Part shown: piece after piece, positions 25,616 through 37,764 of the stretch
Layout of the letters: each line of letters opens with the position of its first letter
How positions within the stretch are numbered: the first letter of the stretch is position 1
Notes under the pieces: generated by a model
What the model was told of the DNA's origin: nothing
Databases searched by the model: none
Seen by the model: the letters and a program-made list of their open reading frames with translations, nothing else
NCBI RefSeq assembly: GCF_964355755.1
Contig: NC_092674.1
Span: forward strand, 3,720,001 to 3,784,000
Reading direction: 5' to 3'
Source: Antedon mediterranea
Lineage: Eukaryota > Animalia > Echinodermata
Length of the DNA: 64,000 nucleotides
Position numbers and translations under genes: made by a program

Positions 25616-28041
25616 ATGGGGAAGCTCCTAACAACAATAATTCATTAATTGTCGTGGCTGGGATACTATCCGCTTTCTACTTCTATGTTCCAGTGCCCGA
25701 TGATCTTGAGAATCCTTGGATATTCAGATTGACGAGTTGTTGGATGCGCTTTATGCAAAGTATTGTAAGTAGGTGGATCATAGATAAACCGCTACAACGC
25801 AATACTTATATAGACATTATTGATTGTAGGCCTAGGTACCAGTCAATCAACACTTTAAATGGAATGAATGTTTGCTTATTAAATATTAGGCAATAAAAAG
25901 TTGCAATACAAAAGGCGGGTCCTAGATAGAGGGCGGCTCAGAAAATAGTAATTATTTTGTCTCATCGGTGCCAATGATAATACTAATAGCCTTCGGCTTA
26001 TTACATCTATCTGATCGGCGGTGCACCATGTCCAGTTACGCGCGCGCCCAGTAGTACCGATAAACATGAGCACGAAGAGTTATATTCAATGACACACATT
26101 CGACCAATCGCTGGTTGACGTTTTTGTTGAATTGGCGACGATTACTTTATTATTTAACTTTTCTTTGACACAACAATTTGCTTATGTTTTATTATTTTAA
26201 TGCATTAATATTTACAGTTACCGTAAACCGATACAGAATAGCCAGTACCGTAACGCATAGGCCAATGCCCCTGGTTTAGGAACCCTAAGTAAAGCCTGTT
26301 TTCCTGTCAACGTTATTCGACGCTCGTCGTTGACCGTTAACAGTTCAACGACGATCGTTTTAAAACGATCAAGTTGAAATGATACCGATAGCGAGTACCT
26401 TTTCCTGTAAATCGTTAACATTTCAATGTTTACGTAGATGATCGCCGATTATTGTTAACGATAGCGTCGACTAACGTCGACAGGAAAACAGGCGGTTTTT
26501 TTTATAGCCTTTTTCGACATATTTTAAAGCCTTGATGCATCTGGACACTGCTCAGGGGCCCCCATAAGCTCCGATGTCCCTGGGCTTAGCCAGTGAGTAT
26601 CGGTATACTAATAATATTTTCAATGATTTCCAAATAGATGTATTATGAGGCCAAATACTCGGACGTTTTTTCTGGCTTATTTGCCGATCGACTGATGAAG
26701 GTTCCTATGCCAGAAAATAACAATGACTCATTGACAGTGACCACGACTGAGTTTGACGGTGTTCGTGTCATTTTATTCCAACCTAACTTACCAACCACCA
26801 AAGAAGATCAGTTACTACCAGCTATTGTCTATTTCCATGGCGGAGGATTTGTCTTGGGAAATCCCGGTAGGTCGAATCAAAAGAAACCCGCTGTGCTATG
26901 CTTTCTTTAATTAAAGAATTGTCTATTTCTTGGGCGCCATTATATGCTAATAAAATGTAAATATTTTTTATGTTACAGAAATTATGTTTGGAGTAACACA
27001 GCGCATGTGCGTGGAACTAAAAGCGGTAGTGGCATCTGTAGAGTGAGAATTGTTTTTATTGCAAGAAGTGTAGCCTAAAAAGGTTTCTGTTGGTTTGGAA
27101 TCGTGGATCATGTAAACTTAGCATTACCAACCAACCAGTTCGGAATAGGCATCTTAAGACATCATCACAGAATGTAGACCCTTTCTTTTAAAAGTCCAAA
27201 CACCTGGTTATAGCTTTAATGTTCTCCCTTCTCTTACAGCTACCGACTTGCACCAAAGTACAAGTTTCCTACAGCATTTGAAGACTCGCTGAAGGCAACA
27301 AAATGGCTTCTTACCAACGCAAAAAAGTACAGCGTAGACGCTAGAAAAGTAGCGGTAGCTGGGGACAGCGCGGGAGGTTTATTATCGGCTGCTGTTAGCC
27401 AGTCTATAAAAGACGACAGCTCTGTTCCTGATATTTTATTTCAAGCTTTAATTTACCCAAGCACGCAGCAAATTGACGTCAATCTACCGAGCACTCAGCA
27501 GTACCACGCCATATTTGGCAACAGAGGTATTTTGTGTAAACATGATATGGCAATGTTCATAGGACTATATGCATTTGGTGAATTCAGACAAGACTACTAC
27601 GATGCATTCATGACGGGTACATTAACGTCACGTGAGTTCAGAGAGACGTCAGAGTTGATGCAGTACGTTGATCATGACATCATATTATTGAAGTCCGGTG
27701 TTCGATCCAGGTATTACATAAAATCAACGTCACAGGCCGACAACTCTAAATTGTGGAAAGACGTAAAAGATGTCTTATTGGATGTTCGCATGTCACCGTT
27801 GCTAAGAAAAGACATGAGCGGTCTACCCCCAGCTTGGATAGCAACTTGTGAATATGACCCTATACGAGATGATGGCATATTGTACGCACATCGACTCAAG
27901 AATGACGGCGTACGTGTGAGCTTAAAGAATTATGAAAAGGGGGTTCATGGCTCTTGGGTGTCAGTATTCAATTTAGTTGTTTACAATGAAATGATGACAG
28001 ATTTTATGGTTTTCGCCAAAGAGTATATAAACCCCAAGTAA
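25616..28041 (+). pseudogene. AADAC: AADAC-like copy 2; exon 1 frameshifted by an 8-nt insertion (stop at codon 11), remainder intact
   Basis: Exons 25616-25764, 26638-26866, 26979-27042, 27240-28041. ATG GGG AAG CTC CTA ACA ACA ATA ATT CAT TAA versus ATA ATT GTT GTG in copy 1; catalytic motifs retained. Confidence 0.8.
26243..26609. mobile_element. hAT-like MITE (family of 37336-37531) with a second MITE nested at 26293-26494
   Basis: Outer parts match 37336-37531; inner TIRs GCCTGTTTTCCTGTC/GACAGGAAAACAGGC. Confidence 0.65.
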
Positions 28042-28533
28042 AGAATTTGTGTTAATTACAACTGCCAATCCTTGAGATATTGAGAATACCGGATAAATTA
28101 CATTATTTAATATATGAACCAAATAAGTGTTTATGTCAATGTGGATGGGCGTCGCCAGCAATTTTGTTTTAGGGGTCCGATACTCGGAGTGGGTTAGCGG
28201 GAGGGGGAGGGGGAGAGTTGTGGGTTAGGGGGTTAGGTTAGGGGTTTTTGCTGAAATTGGACAATGCAACAGATTAAGGACGTCAAATTAAGCTACTTCA
28301 ATGCTTTACTTCAATTATACTGAAACAACAAATTGCATTTGTTGTCTATTCACAGCAATAAAATGTTGATTTGAATATTATAAATATTTTTAACTTGTGC
28401 TTACGATTTTTCAAATATATTCTTTTCTTCAAATTGTATTTCTTTTTTTTCCCTAAATCTTCTGTTTCTCCCCCTATATAATCTTTATGATGTTTTTTTT
28501 AACAATAACAATTATCACTGTATACTTTTTTCT

Positions 28534-28910
28534 ATGTTTCCCATTGGACGTAACGCAACGCAAGTGAATTGACCAATCACAAGCGATGGCTTATTCGCTT
28601 GTGATTGCTAACTGTCTATAACTTCGCTTGCCATTGGTTATACGCTTACGTTGCGTTTACGTCCTAGTGGGAACCAAGCTTAAAGCGTGGTTCCCACTAG
28701 AACGCAACGCAGCGACGCAAAATCTCGTAGCGATGTTTGCAGCACTGTTACGTCGTCGGTTCCCACTCCTTGTGATTCACAATACAACACTTTGCATCGA
28801 TACGTCGCTGCGTTACGTTGCGTTCTAGTGGGAACAACGCAATCACACACATGGATTATCCGGACATGTCTTGTACTCAACTCACATGCGTTGCGCATGT
28901 GTCCAAGTGA
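28534..28910. mobile_element. Cluster of PIF/Harbinger MITE family B copies
   Basis: TIR AGCTTGGTTCCCACTAG...CTAGTGGGAACCAAGCT with TAA/TTA flanks; other copies near 31945-32065, 38795-38925, 40068-40365, 40400-40865, 42245-42390, 43730-44082. Confidence 0.75.
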
Positions 28911-29281
28911 AACACAAATCAGCAAACTTAATTTTTTTTAAAGTCTCAATCAATCTTGGATTTAAGGAATCAATATCTCTTCGCGTACAAAGAACCATAA
29001 TGCTTCTAATGTTATTAGGCCTAATTATTTAATTTGTCTGCGTATTTAATCCGAAATGTAGGCCTACGCTTTCTGTCAATTACTTACAAATCGGCCTTCG
29101 ACTCTCCCTGGCCTTGCCTCAGTCCTCTCCTAAGCCCACCAACCCAACAAAAACTGGCTAGGCTACATAGTCCTGTGGTACGCCGCGTTACACTAAAGAA
29201 CAAACATTATACTATCAATAACCGGCGTCTATTCTTTTCTCCTTTCCCGCCAAATCGCTCGCCGGTGCTGCAGACATCAAC

Positions 29282-31425
29282 ATGGGGAAGCTCCTAACAA
29301 TACTTGTCGTGGCTGGGATACTATCAGCTTTCTACTTCTATGTTCCAGTCCCCGAGGATCTAGAGAATCCTTGGATATTCAGATTGACTAATTGTCTGAA
29401 ACGAATTATACATAGTATTGTAAGTAGGCCTAGACTACTACTACCCTTTGTACAGTATAGCACTGGTATAGCCCTGATTAGTAACCGGGGCGCGCCTAGA
29501 GCGTGTTGATATACAAGTACTGCGCCTTCAATAAGTGTATATTAGTATGGATCATTGGATCTTCATTAGTATTATACATAATGTAAGTAGGCTTATACTA
29601 TACTATAAATAGACAAGAATTAATGCACTATTGTACTGTATACCATAAAATGGTACGTACACAGACGACCGGTAAGGCGTAGGCGGGTCTAGAGGGCGGT
29701 TCGATAAGAATTTATCGCATCAGTGCACATCTACAAAATGAGAACAAACGCTTTGGACCAATCAGTTACTAGATACCACGTACGTCACCGGCATCTTATG
29801 TATCCCTGTTGAATTGTCTTGTCTTAACAACTTTTATTGAACAACAGCCATTGCATTTTTTTTATTGTAAAGTAACCGTTCCTTTCTTGATCCTCTATCT
29901 TCCTTAATGTACTTCTAGGCCCTCTAATCAAGGCAGCTTTTAAAATCTCACCTTACTGATAACCTATTTATATTTTTCTTGCATTTAATTCTATTCTTAA
30001 TATTATACAATAATTATAATGTTTGTATCTATGATTTTAAACAGATGTATTATGAAGCCAAATACTCGGACGTTTCTTCAGGCGTGTTTGCCAATCGACT
30101 ACAGTTTCCTATGCCAGAAAATAACAATAACTCATTGACAGTGACCACGACTGAGTTTGACGGTGTTCGTATCATTTTATTCCAACCTAACCTACCTACC
30201 ACCAAAGACCAATTATTACCAGCTATTGTCTATTTCCATGGCGGAGGATTTGTTTCAGGAAATCCAGGTAGGTTAAACCGAAAGAAACCCGCTGGGCTTT
30301 CTTTATTTTTAAAGAATTGTCTATTCCTTGGACGCCATTATATGCTAATAAAATGTAAACATTTTTTTATGTTACAGAAATTATGTTTGGAGTAACACGG
30401 CGCATGTGCGTGGAACTACAAGCGGTAGTGGCATCTGTAGAGTGAGATTTGTTTTATTGCAAAAAGTGTAGCCTAAAAAGGTTTCTGTTGGGACTCGTGG
30501 GTCCTGTAAACTATCATTACCAACTAACCAGTTCGGAATACGCAACAACATCACAGAATGTAGACCCTTTCTTTTAAAAGTTCAAAACCTGGTTATATAG
30601 CTTTAATTTTCTCCTTTTTCTTACAGCTACCGACTTGCACCAAAGTACAAGTTTCCAACAGCATTTGAAGACTCGCTGAAGGCAACAAAATGGTTTCTAA
30701 ACAACGCAAAAAAGTATAGAGTGGACGCCAGAAAAGTCGCGATAGCTGGGGACAGCGCGGGAGGTTTATTATCGGCTGCTGTTAGTCAGTCTATAAAAGA
30801 CGACAGCCATGTTCCGAATCTTTTATTTCAGGCTTTGATTTACCCAACCACGCAGCAAATTGATGTCAATCTACCGAGCACACAGCAGTACCACGCCATA
30901 TTTGGCAACAGAGGTATTTTGTGTAAACATGATATGGCAATGTTCATAGGACTATATGCGTTTGGTGAATTCAGACAAGACTACTACGATGCATTCATGA
31001 CGGGTACATTAACGTCACGTGAGTTTAGAGAGACGTCAGAGTCGATGCAGTACATTGATCATGACATCATATTGAAGTCTGATGTTCGATCCAGGTATTA
31101 CATAAAACCAACGTCACAGGCCGACCACTCTAAACTGTGGGACGACGTAAAAGATGTCTTGTTGGATGTACGTATGTCGCCGTTGCTAAGGAAAGACATG
31201 ACCGGTCTACCCCCAGCTTGGATAGCAACTTGTGAATATGACCCTATACGAGATGATGGCATATTGTACGCACATCGACTCAAGAATGATGGCGTACGTG
31301 TGAGCTTAAAGAATTACGAAAAGGGGGTCCATGGCTCTTGGATGTCAGGGTTCAATTTGGTTGTTTACAATGAAATGATGACAGATTTTATGGTTTTCGC
31401 CAAAGATTATATAAAACATAAATAA
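29282..31425 (+). CDS. AADAC: AADAC-like esterase, copy 3 (407 aa)
   Basis: Exons 29282-29419, 30045-30267, 30378-30441, 30627-31425; intact frame; HGGG, GDSAGG, DPIRDDG, VHG. Confidence 0.92.
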
Positions 31426-32166
31426 AGAATGGGTGTTAATTAGCGAATAACTGTCAATCCTTGAGATATTGAGAATACCGGATAAATCACATTATTTAAT
31501 ATATGAACGAAATAATTGTTTGTGTCACTGTCGATGGGCGTCGCCAGCAATTTTGTGTTAGGGGTCCGATACTTTGGGTTAGGGTGGGAGGGGGGGGGAG
31601 GTGTTGGTTAGGGGGTTGGGTTAGGGGTGGTGGTGGAATTGGACAATGCAAAAGATTATAGGTCAAATTAAGCTAGTGCAATGCTTTACTTCAATTATAG
31701 GCCTACTGAAACAACAAATTGCATTTGTTGTCTATCATTAATGTTGTTATTCACAATTTGAATAAAATATTAATTTGAATATTATAAATATTTTTACTTG
31801 TGCTTACGATTTTTCAAATATATTCTTTTCTTAAAATTTTATTTATTTATTTTTTTAAATCTTCTGATCTTTATGATGTTTGTATTTTTAACAATCTGAG
31901 TACGGGAAGTCAAACAATTACTGTATACTTTTTCGTTGTTCATGTTTCCCATCGGCCGTAACGGAATGCGTGATAATGTAACCAATCACAAATGATGGAT
32001 TATCCGATCTGTCTTGTAATTGGTCAACTCACATGCATGACATGTGCGTCCAACAAGTGGGATAACAAAAATCAACAAACTTAATTTTCTGTCCTTCAAT
32101 CTTGGATTTAAGGAATCAACGCTTTCTGTCAATTAAACATCGGCCTACGATTCTCCCTGGACTTGC

Positions 32167-32711
32167 CAGCGGTGGCGCCAGGATCTTCCCGACGCGGGGG
32201 ATACATTCCCCGACGAGGCGGCTATGCGAGCATCACTAGGCTGGGGGCCAGGGGGCCGCCAAGGGCTCCCGGAAGCAACGCGTTCTAGCGTCATTTTAAT
32301 CAGATTTAGGGTAGCCATTTTTTCCATTTTTTATAATGCATAAATAAAATACTGCGTGCAAAAAAACGATGCGCGATGACTGTTTCAATCCATATTTTTC
32401 AATTTAAAAAATAAAAGTTCAAAGAAAATCGTACAAAGGGATACCGCCAGACAAGTGCGTACCTAGCTAATGTTTAGTACTGTAGTAAGTTAGATCGCTG
32501 GCAATAATGAATGCATATAAATTGCATAATAGCACTCTGACGTACTCTCACGGTCAATGAAACGTCGCGGTTTTCTAGGCGCTGAAGCTACCAAGAAGTG
32601 AACGCGAACGTTTATTCCCCGACAAAAAGTACCCGTGTTCCCCGACGGGGGGGCTAAGCTCCCCGACGAGGGGGCTAGAGCCCCCGTAGCCCCCCGCTGG
32701 CGCCACCACTG
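32167..32711. mobile_element. Non-autonomous DNA transposon with CAG(C/T)GGTGGCGCCAG TIRs upstream of copy 4
   Basis: TIRs visible at both ends; absent from the paralogous position upstream of copy 3 (about 29117). Confidence 0.75.
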
Positions 32712-32902
32712 CTAGTCCTCTCCTAATTAGCCCACCACAACCCAACAAAAACTGGCTAGGCTTCATAGTCCTGTGGAACGCCGCGTGCTAATCTATTACT
32801 CATAAACCAAACACTAAAGAACAAACATTATACTATTATTATTAATAGCCGGCGTCTAATCTTTTCTCCCTTCCCGCCAAATCGCTCGCCGGTGCTGCAG
32901 AC

Positions 32903-35900
32903 ATGGGGAAGCTCCTAACAATAATTGTCGTGGCTGGGATACTATCAGCTTTCTACTTCTATGTTCCAGTGCCCAAGGATCTTGAGAATCCTTGGATATT
33001 CAGATTGACTCATTGTCTGACACGAATTATACATAGTATTGTAAGTAGGCCTAGACTACTACCTGAACCCTTAATATTGTACGTATAATTAGCCGGTAGG
33101 CTTGTTTCAAATTTCGAACAGCGTTTGGATTAAACCAGTGCGAATTAAATACATTAGTATTGATCTCCATTAGTACTATGCATGTATGTTAGGTTAGGCT
33201 TATTTTATACTATAAATAGAATTAAATGCATTATTGTAGGCCTACTGTATCCCAATTGGTACAGTATGTACAGACGACCGGTACCAAAGAATATATATCA
33301 CAAGAATGAGTATTCCGCGATTTTTGCATGAGAAATTTGTAACAGAGAGCTCCAGAGAGTGATGCCCGCCCTGATAAGGTCGGATGTATACATACTAAAT
33401 AAGACTTGATTTAATAGATATTATACATGTCACATTAAATAGAATTATGATAATATATTTTGCAATTGTAAATTATTTTATAATACATATTTATTAAGAA
33501 ACTAGTGTACATTCACTTTTACAGACAATTATTTACTAACATGCTAAATTAGTTCACAAAAAAGGCCTAGCACAGCAACACCAAAAATCAACGAATCGTT
33601 ACTCAATAACACGGCCTATTCTTTACCATTGCCGCGTACTACTCTACGCCCGGTAAATTAAGTATTGTTTTTATGATATAAATTAGTATAAAATACATGT
33701 TATTAATAGTATAAAATGTTAAATGTCATTAACATTTATTTGTTTTACCAGAAACAAGTTAAATATAGGAATATTATTAAACTATCCTTTGTGAAAACGC
33801 GTAAACACCAACACGCCCGGTCACGCTATCGTAGCGCCCGGTTGATAAAGCGAACTGTTTATACGGCAGTTTTTACTAGATAAATTGCATAAAACGAACA
33901 ATTAAATATCCAAATAGCATTTAACATGATGTTGGCATGTAGTTGAAAACATTTTTTATCATGAAAATACTACCGGTGGTCCAGCCTTTGATTAGTGAAA
34001 CCGTCACATAAAGTTGTATACATCCCAGATACATCCTCACTTATGGCGGCGCCCTACCACACATGGACAATATTACTGTTACAGGGAAAATCGCGGATTA
34101 CTCATTCTTGTGATATATATTCTTTGCCGGTACTGTGAGTCTAGAGGGCGGTTCGATAAGAATTTATCGCATCAGTGCACATCTACAAAATGAGAACAAA
34201 CACTTTGGACCAATCAGTTACCAGATACCACGTACGTCACCAGCATCAATCAATCAATCAATCAATCAATCGTTCGATTTATATAGCGCCCTTACGTGTA
34301 TATCTGTTGAATTGTCTTTTCTCGCCATACAACTTTTCTTAGACAACAGCCATTGTATTTGTTTATATTGTAAAGTATATCGTTCCTTTCTTGTCTTCTT
34401 TTATGTACTTCTAGGCCCTCTAATCAAGACATTTTTAAAATCCCACCTTACTGATAACCTATTTAAATTTCTCTTAATTTTCTTATATTTAATTCTATTG
34501 TTGAGCCTTATTATTATACAATTCAATGTTTGTATCTATGATTTTAAACAGATGTATTATGAAGCCAAATACTCGGACGTTTCTTCAGGCGTGTTTGCCA
34601 ATCGACTACAGTTTCCTATGCCAGAAAATAACAATAACTCATTGACAGTGACCACGACTGAGTTTGACGGTGTTCGTGTCATTTTATTCCAACCTAACCT
34701 ACCTACCACAAAAGAAGACCAATTATTACCAGCTATTGTCTATTTCCATGGCGGAGGATTTGTTTTAGGAAATCCAGGTAGGTCGAACTGAAAGAAGAAA
34801 CCTGTTGTGCTTATTTTAATGAATTGATTATTGTATTATAATGTATAATGCTATAGTTCATTCATAGTCATTAAATACTAATACGATATTCATTTGTGTC
34901 ATTACAGATGTTATGTTTGGAGTAACACAGCGCATGTGCGTAGAATTACAAGTAGTAGTGGCATCTGTAGAGTAAGAGTTTTTTTTTTATTACAATCTGT
35001 AGCCTAAAAAGTCCTGTATTCTTACCGTTTCATAACCATTGGGCGGAATAGAACAAGCTATAGATAAAATATATAGTACTGTATATAGACACTTTCTTAT
35101 CAAATCCTGTCTAACGTCAAAAGCGTCTTGATAAGTTTAAAGAACAACTTGACAGAACCATTTTTTAACAACGTATTAGGGATCGAGATTTACGATATCG
35201 CGGCGCGCGATCTCCGTAAAGCCGTCGCCGTAAAATGATGTGACGTCACGAGTGCATGGCAGAATCTACCTCATGAATTTTTACTGTTGTTAACATACAA
35301 GTCGCTTCAATTGCAAATTTGAAATGTCTTTGAGTACAAGGGTTAGGCCGGTGGATTACCATAAACGTCTTTATTCTTCAAAAATCACCGCGATCGTAAA
35401 ACGTTTTATGTGCGATATGGTTGAATGGTTCCAGAGCCCCATACTGATGTTTCTAGCTACTCTTTCAGACAAGTCTGGCAAAGCGCGAAATTTTCTAGTT
35501 TTAAATAAATCGTAAAAAAATATAAATGTTGAATTTGTTTGTTGTTTCTTTTGGCTATTTGGTTAATGAAGTGTTTCTTCAAAATGTCAGACTAAACACT
35601 GGCAAATTTAAGCCTAATACAGGTCAAATTAGCAATTGAAGTAACGGTACCTATCTCGTGTATGTTAACAACAGTGAAAACTCATGAGGTAGATTTTACA
35701 ATGCACTTTTGATGTCACAGCAATATTTACGGCGACAACTGTACGACGGCGCGAGCGCGCGCGGTGATATCGTAAATCTCGCGATTGTTCTGAAATCAAT
35801 ATGTACATCCCTAATGTGTTGTTAAAATATGGTTCTCGGTCAAGTTGTCCTTTTTAAATATAGTATTTAATTTTTTTCCTTTTTTACAGCTACCGACTTG

Positions 35901-36688
35901 CACCAAAGTACAAGTTTCCAACAGCATTTGAAGACTCGCTGAAGGCAACAAAATGGCTTCTTACCAACGCAAAGAAGTACAGCGTAGACGCTAGAAAAGT
36001 AGCGGTAGCTGGGGACAGCGCGGGAGGTTTATTATCGGCTGCTGTTAGCCAGTCTGTAAAAGACGACAGCTCTGTTCCTGATATTTTATTTCAAGCATTA
36101 ATTTATCCAAGCACGCAGCAAATTGACGTAAATCTACCGAGCACTCAGCAGTACCACGCCATACTTGGCAACAAGGGCGTGGTGTGTAAACATGATATGG
36201 CAATGTTCATAGGACTATATGCGTTTGGTGAATTCAGACAAGACTACTACGATGCATTCATGACGGGTACATTAACGTCACGTGAGTTCAGAGAAACGTC
36301 AGAGTTGATGCAGTACATTGATCATGACATCATATTGAAGTCTGATGTTCGATCTAAGTATTACATAAAACCAACGTCACAGACAGACAACTCTAAATTG
36401 TGGGATGACATCAAAGATGTCTTATTGGATGTACGTATGTCGCCGTTGCTAAGGAAAGACATGACCGGTCTACCCCCAGCTTGGATAGCAACTTGTGAAT
36501 ATGACCCTCTACGAGATGATGGCATATTGTACGCACATCGACTCAAGAATGATGGCGTACGTGTGAGCTTAAAGAATTACGAAAAGGGGTTTCATGGCGT
36601 TTGGATGTCAGACTTAGATTTTGTGGTTTATGAACAAATGATGACAGATTTTATTGTGTTTGCCAAAAAATATGTAAATCCCAAATAA
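32903..36688 (+). CDS. AADAC: AADAC-like esterase, copy 4 (408 aa)
   Basis: Exons 32903-33040, 34552-34777, 34908-34971, 35890-36688; intact frame; HGGG, GDSAGG, DPLRDDG, FHG. Confidence 0.92.
33285..34126. mobile_element. P-element-like non-autonomous transposon (842 bp) in intron 1 of copy 4
   Basis: About 40-bp TIR CAAAGAATATATATCACAAGAATGAGTA; 7-bp TSD CCGGTAC (33278-84, 34127-33); empty site in copy 3 intron 1. Confidence 0.85.
35141..35851. mobile_element. Kolobok-like MITE in intron 3 of copy 4
   Basis: Long imperfect TIRs AGAACAACTTGAC.../...GTCAAGTTGTCCT; TTAA on the left, TTTTAA on the right; matches window positions 1-276. Confidence 0.7.
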
Positions 36689-36785
36689 AGAATGTGTTTT
36701 TATATGCGATAAAATAACCACTGATTAATGAGAAAATTATTATAATTATGACATTGTAGCAGGCGAGCTGCGATATTTCTTTTCG

Positions 36786-37140
36786 TGCATAAGTTGGGGA
36801 TCCCTCACAAAATAAACATGAATATTCATTAGTCATATAAAGTGACGTATGAATTTCGCTAATGCAAAAGCTTTCTGCCGAGCCGTCTGTGTAGTCGAGT
36901 GGATTATATGGACTTTGCATGTCAATCAATCAATCAATCAAAGTAACATTTATTTCTCTTGTCTTTCATAGAAAATAAAAATTAGCAGTAAAAATTATGT
37001 CAATGTATGGAGTTCGAATCTCATGAGCAATTTCTTTTTACTTTGTAGTGAGAGATAGAGATTATTTAGAGGGTTAGGTTTAGTTATATTTAGGAGGTAG
37101 TTCGGTTATCTTTCACAAAAGGGATCCCCAACTTATGTAA
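36786..37140. mobile_element. MITE with TIR CATAAGTTGGGGATCCCT
   Basis: GCATAAGTTGGGGATCCCT (36787) and AGGGATCCCCAACTTATGT (37119) are inverted repeats. Confidence 0.5.
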
Positions 37141-37335
37141 GAAAAAAAAACAGATTGAACAACGGAAAACACGTGAGGACAATAGGGAGGTTTCGTAACA
37201 ATACGATAAGGAATACGGATACTCCTCAACTCAATGAAATTGCAAAAGATAACATAATTATATTGAATCAACAGTTATTTGTATTGATATAAATTGTCTA
37301 ACAAAGATCGTACGATTTAAAATTTAATAAATTAA

Positions 37336-37531
37336 CAGTGGCGTAACGCAGATGCCTGAAGCCCCTGGTTTAGGAATCCTAAATGGCCCTCCAACGTTAG
37401 AGGCCTCGGGCGTTTTTAGCTTTTTCGACATATTTTAATGCATGTTTTTCCTCTGGCCACTCTGCTCAGGGGTCCCCATAAGCTCAGGGCTTGGGTTTTG
37501 CCAGTGAGCGCTCATAGCCGTTACTCCACTG
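37336..37531. mobile_element. hAT-like MITE
   Basis: CAGTGGCGTAAC...GTTACTCCACTG termini; related copies at 26243-26609 and 45889-46408. Confidence 0.7.
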
Positions 37532-37764
37532 TATAAATATGAATTACTTTTTTTTAAATTGGTAATACTAAAGCTAATAATAGTGATAAAATTGTTGTAT
37601 TTTTGTTATATTTTGTTTTGTTTTTTTACAAATGGGAAATCGTAAGTAAAAGCTATCAGCTATGTTCAAACAGAATTATCTATATATATATATATATATA
37701 GATAAAATCGTTTTAAAACTATGCGTTGACAATGTAGTAAGCACACACACACGTAGACCACACA

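Noticed and set aside
28190-28250. Interstitial telomere (GGGTTAGGG; also near 31575-31630)
   Set aside because: Only one or two imperfect units within a G-rich repeat remnant duplicated with the AADAC 3' flanks.
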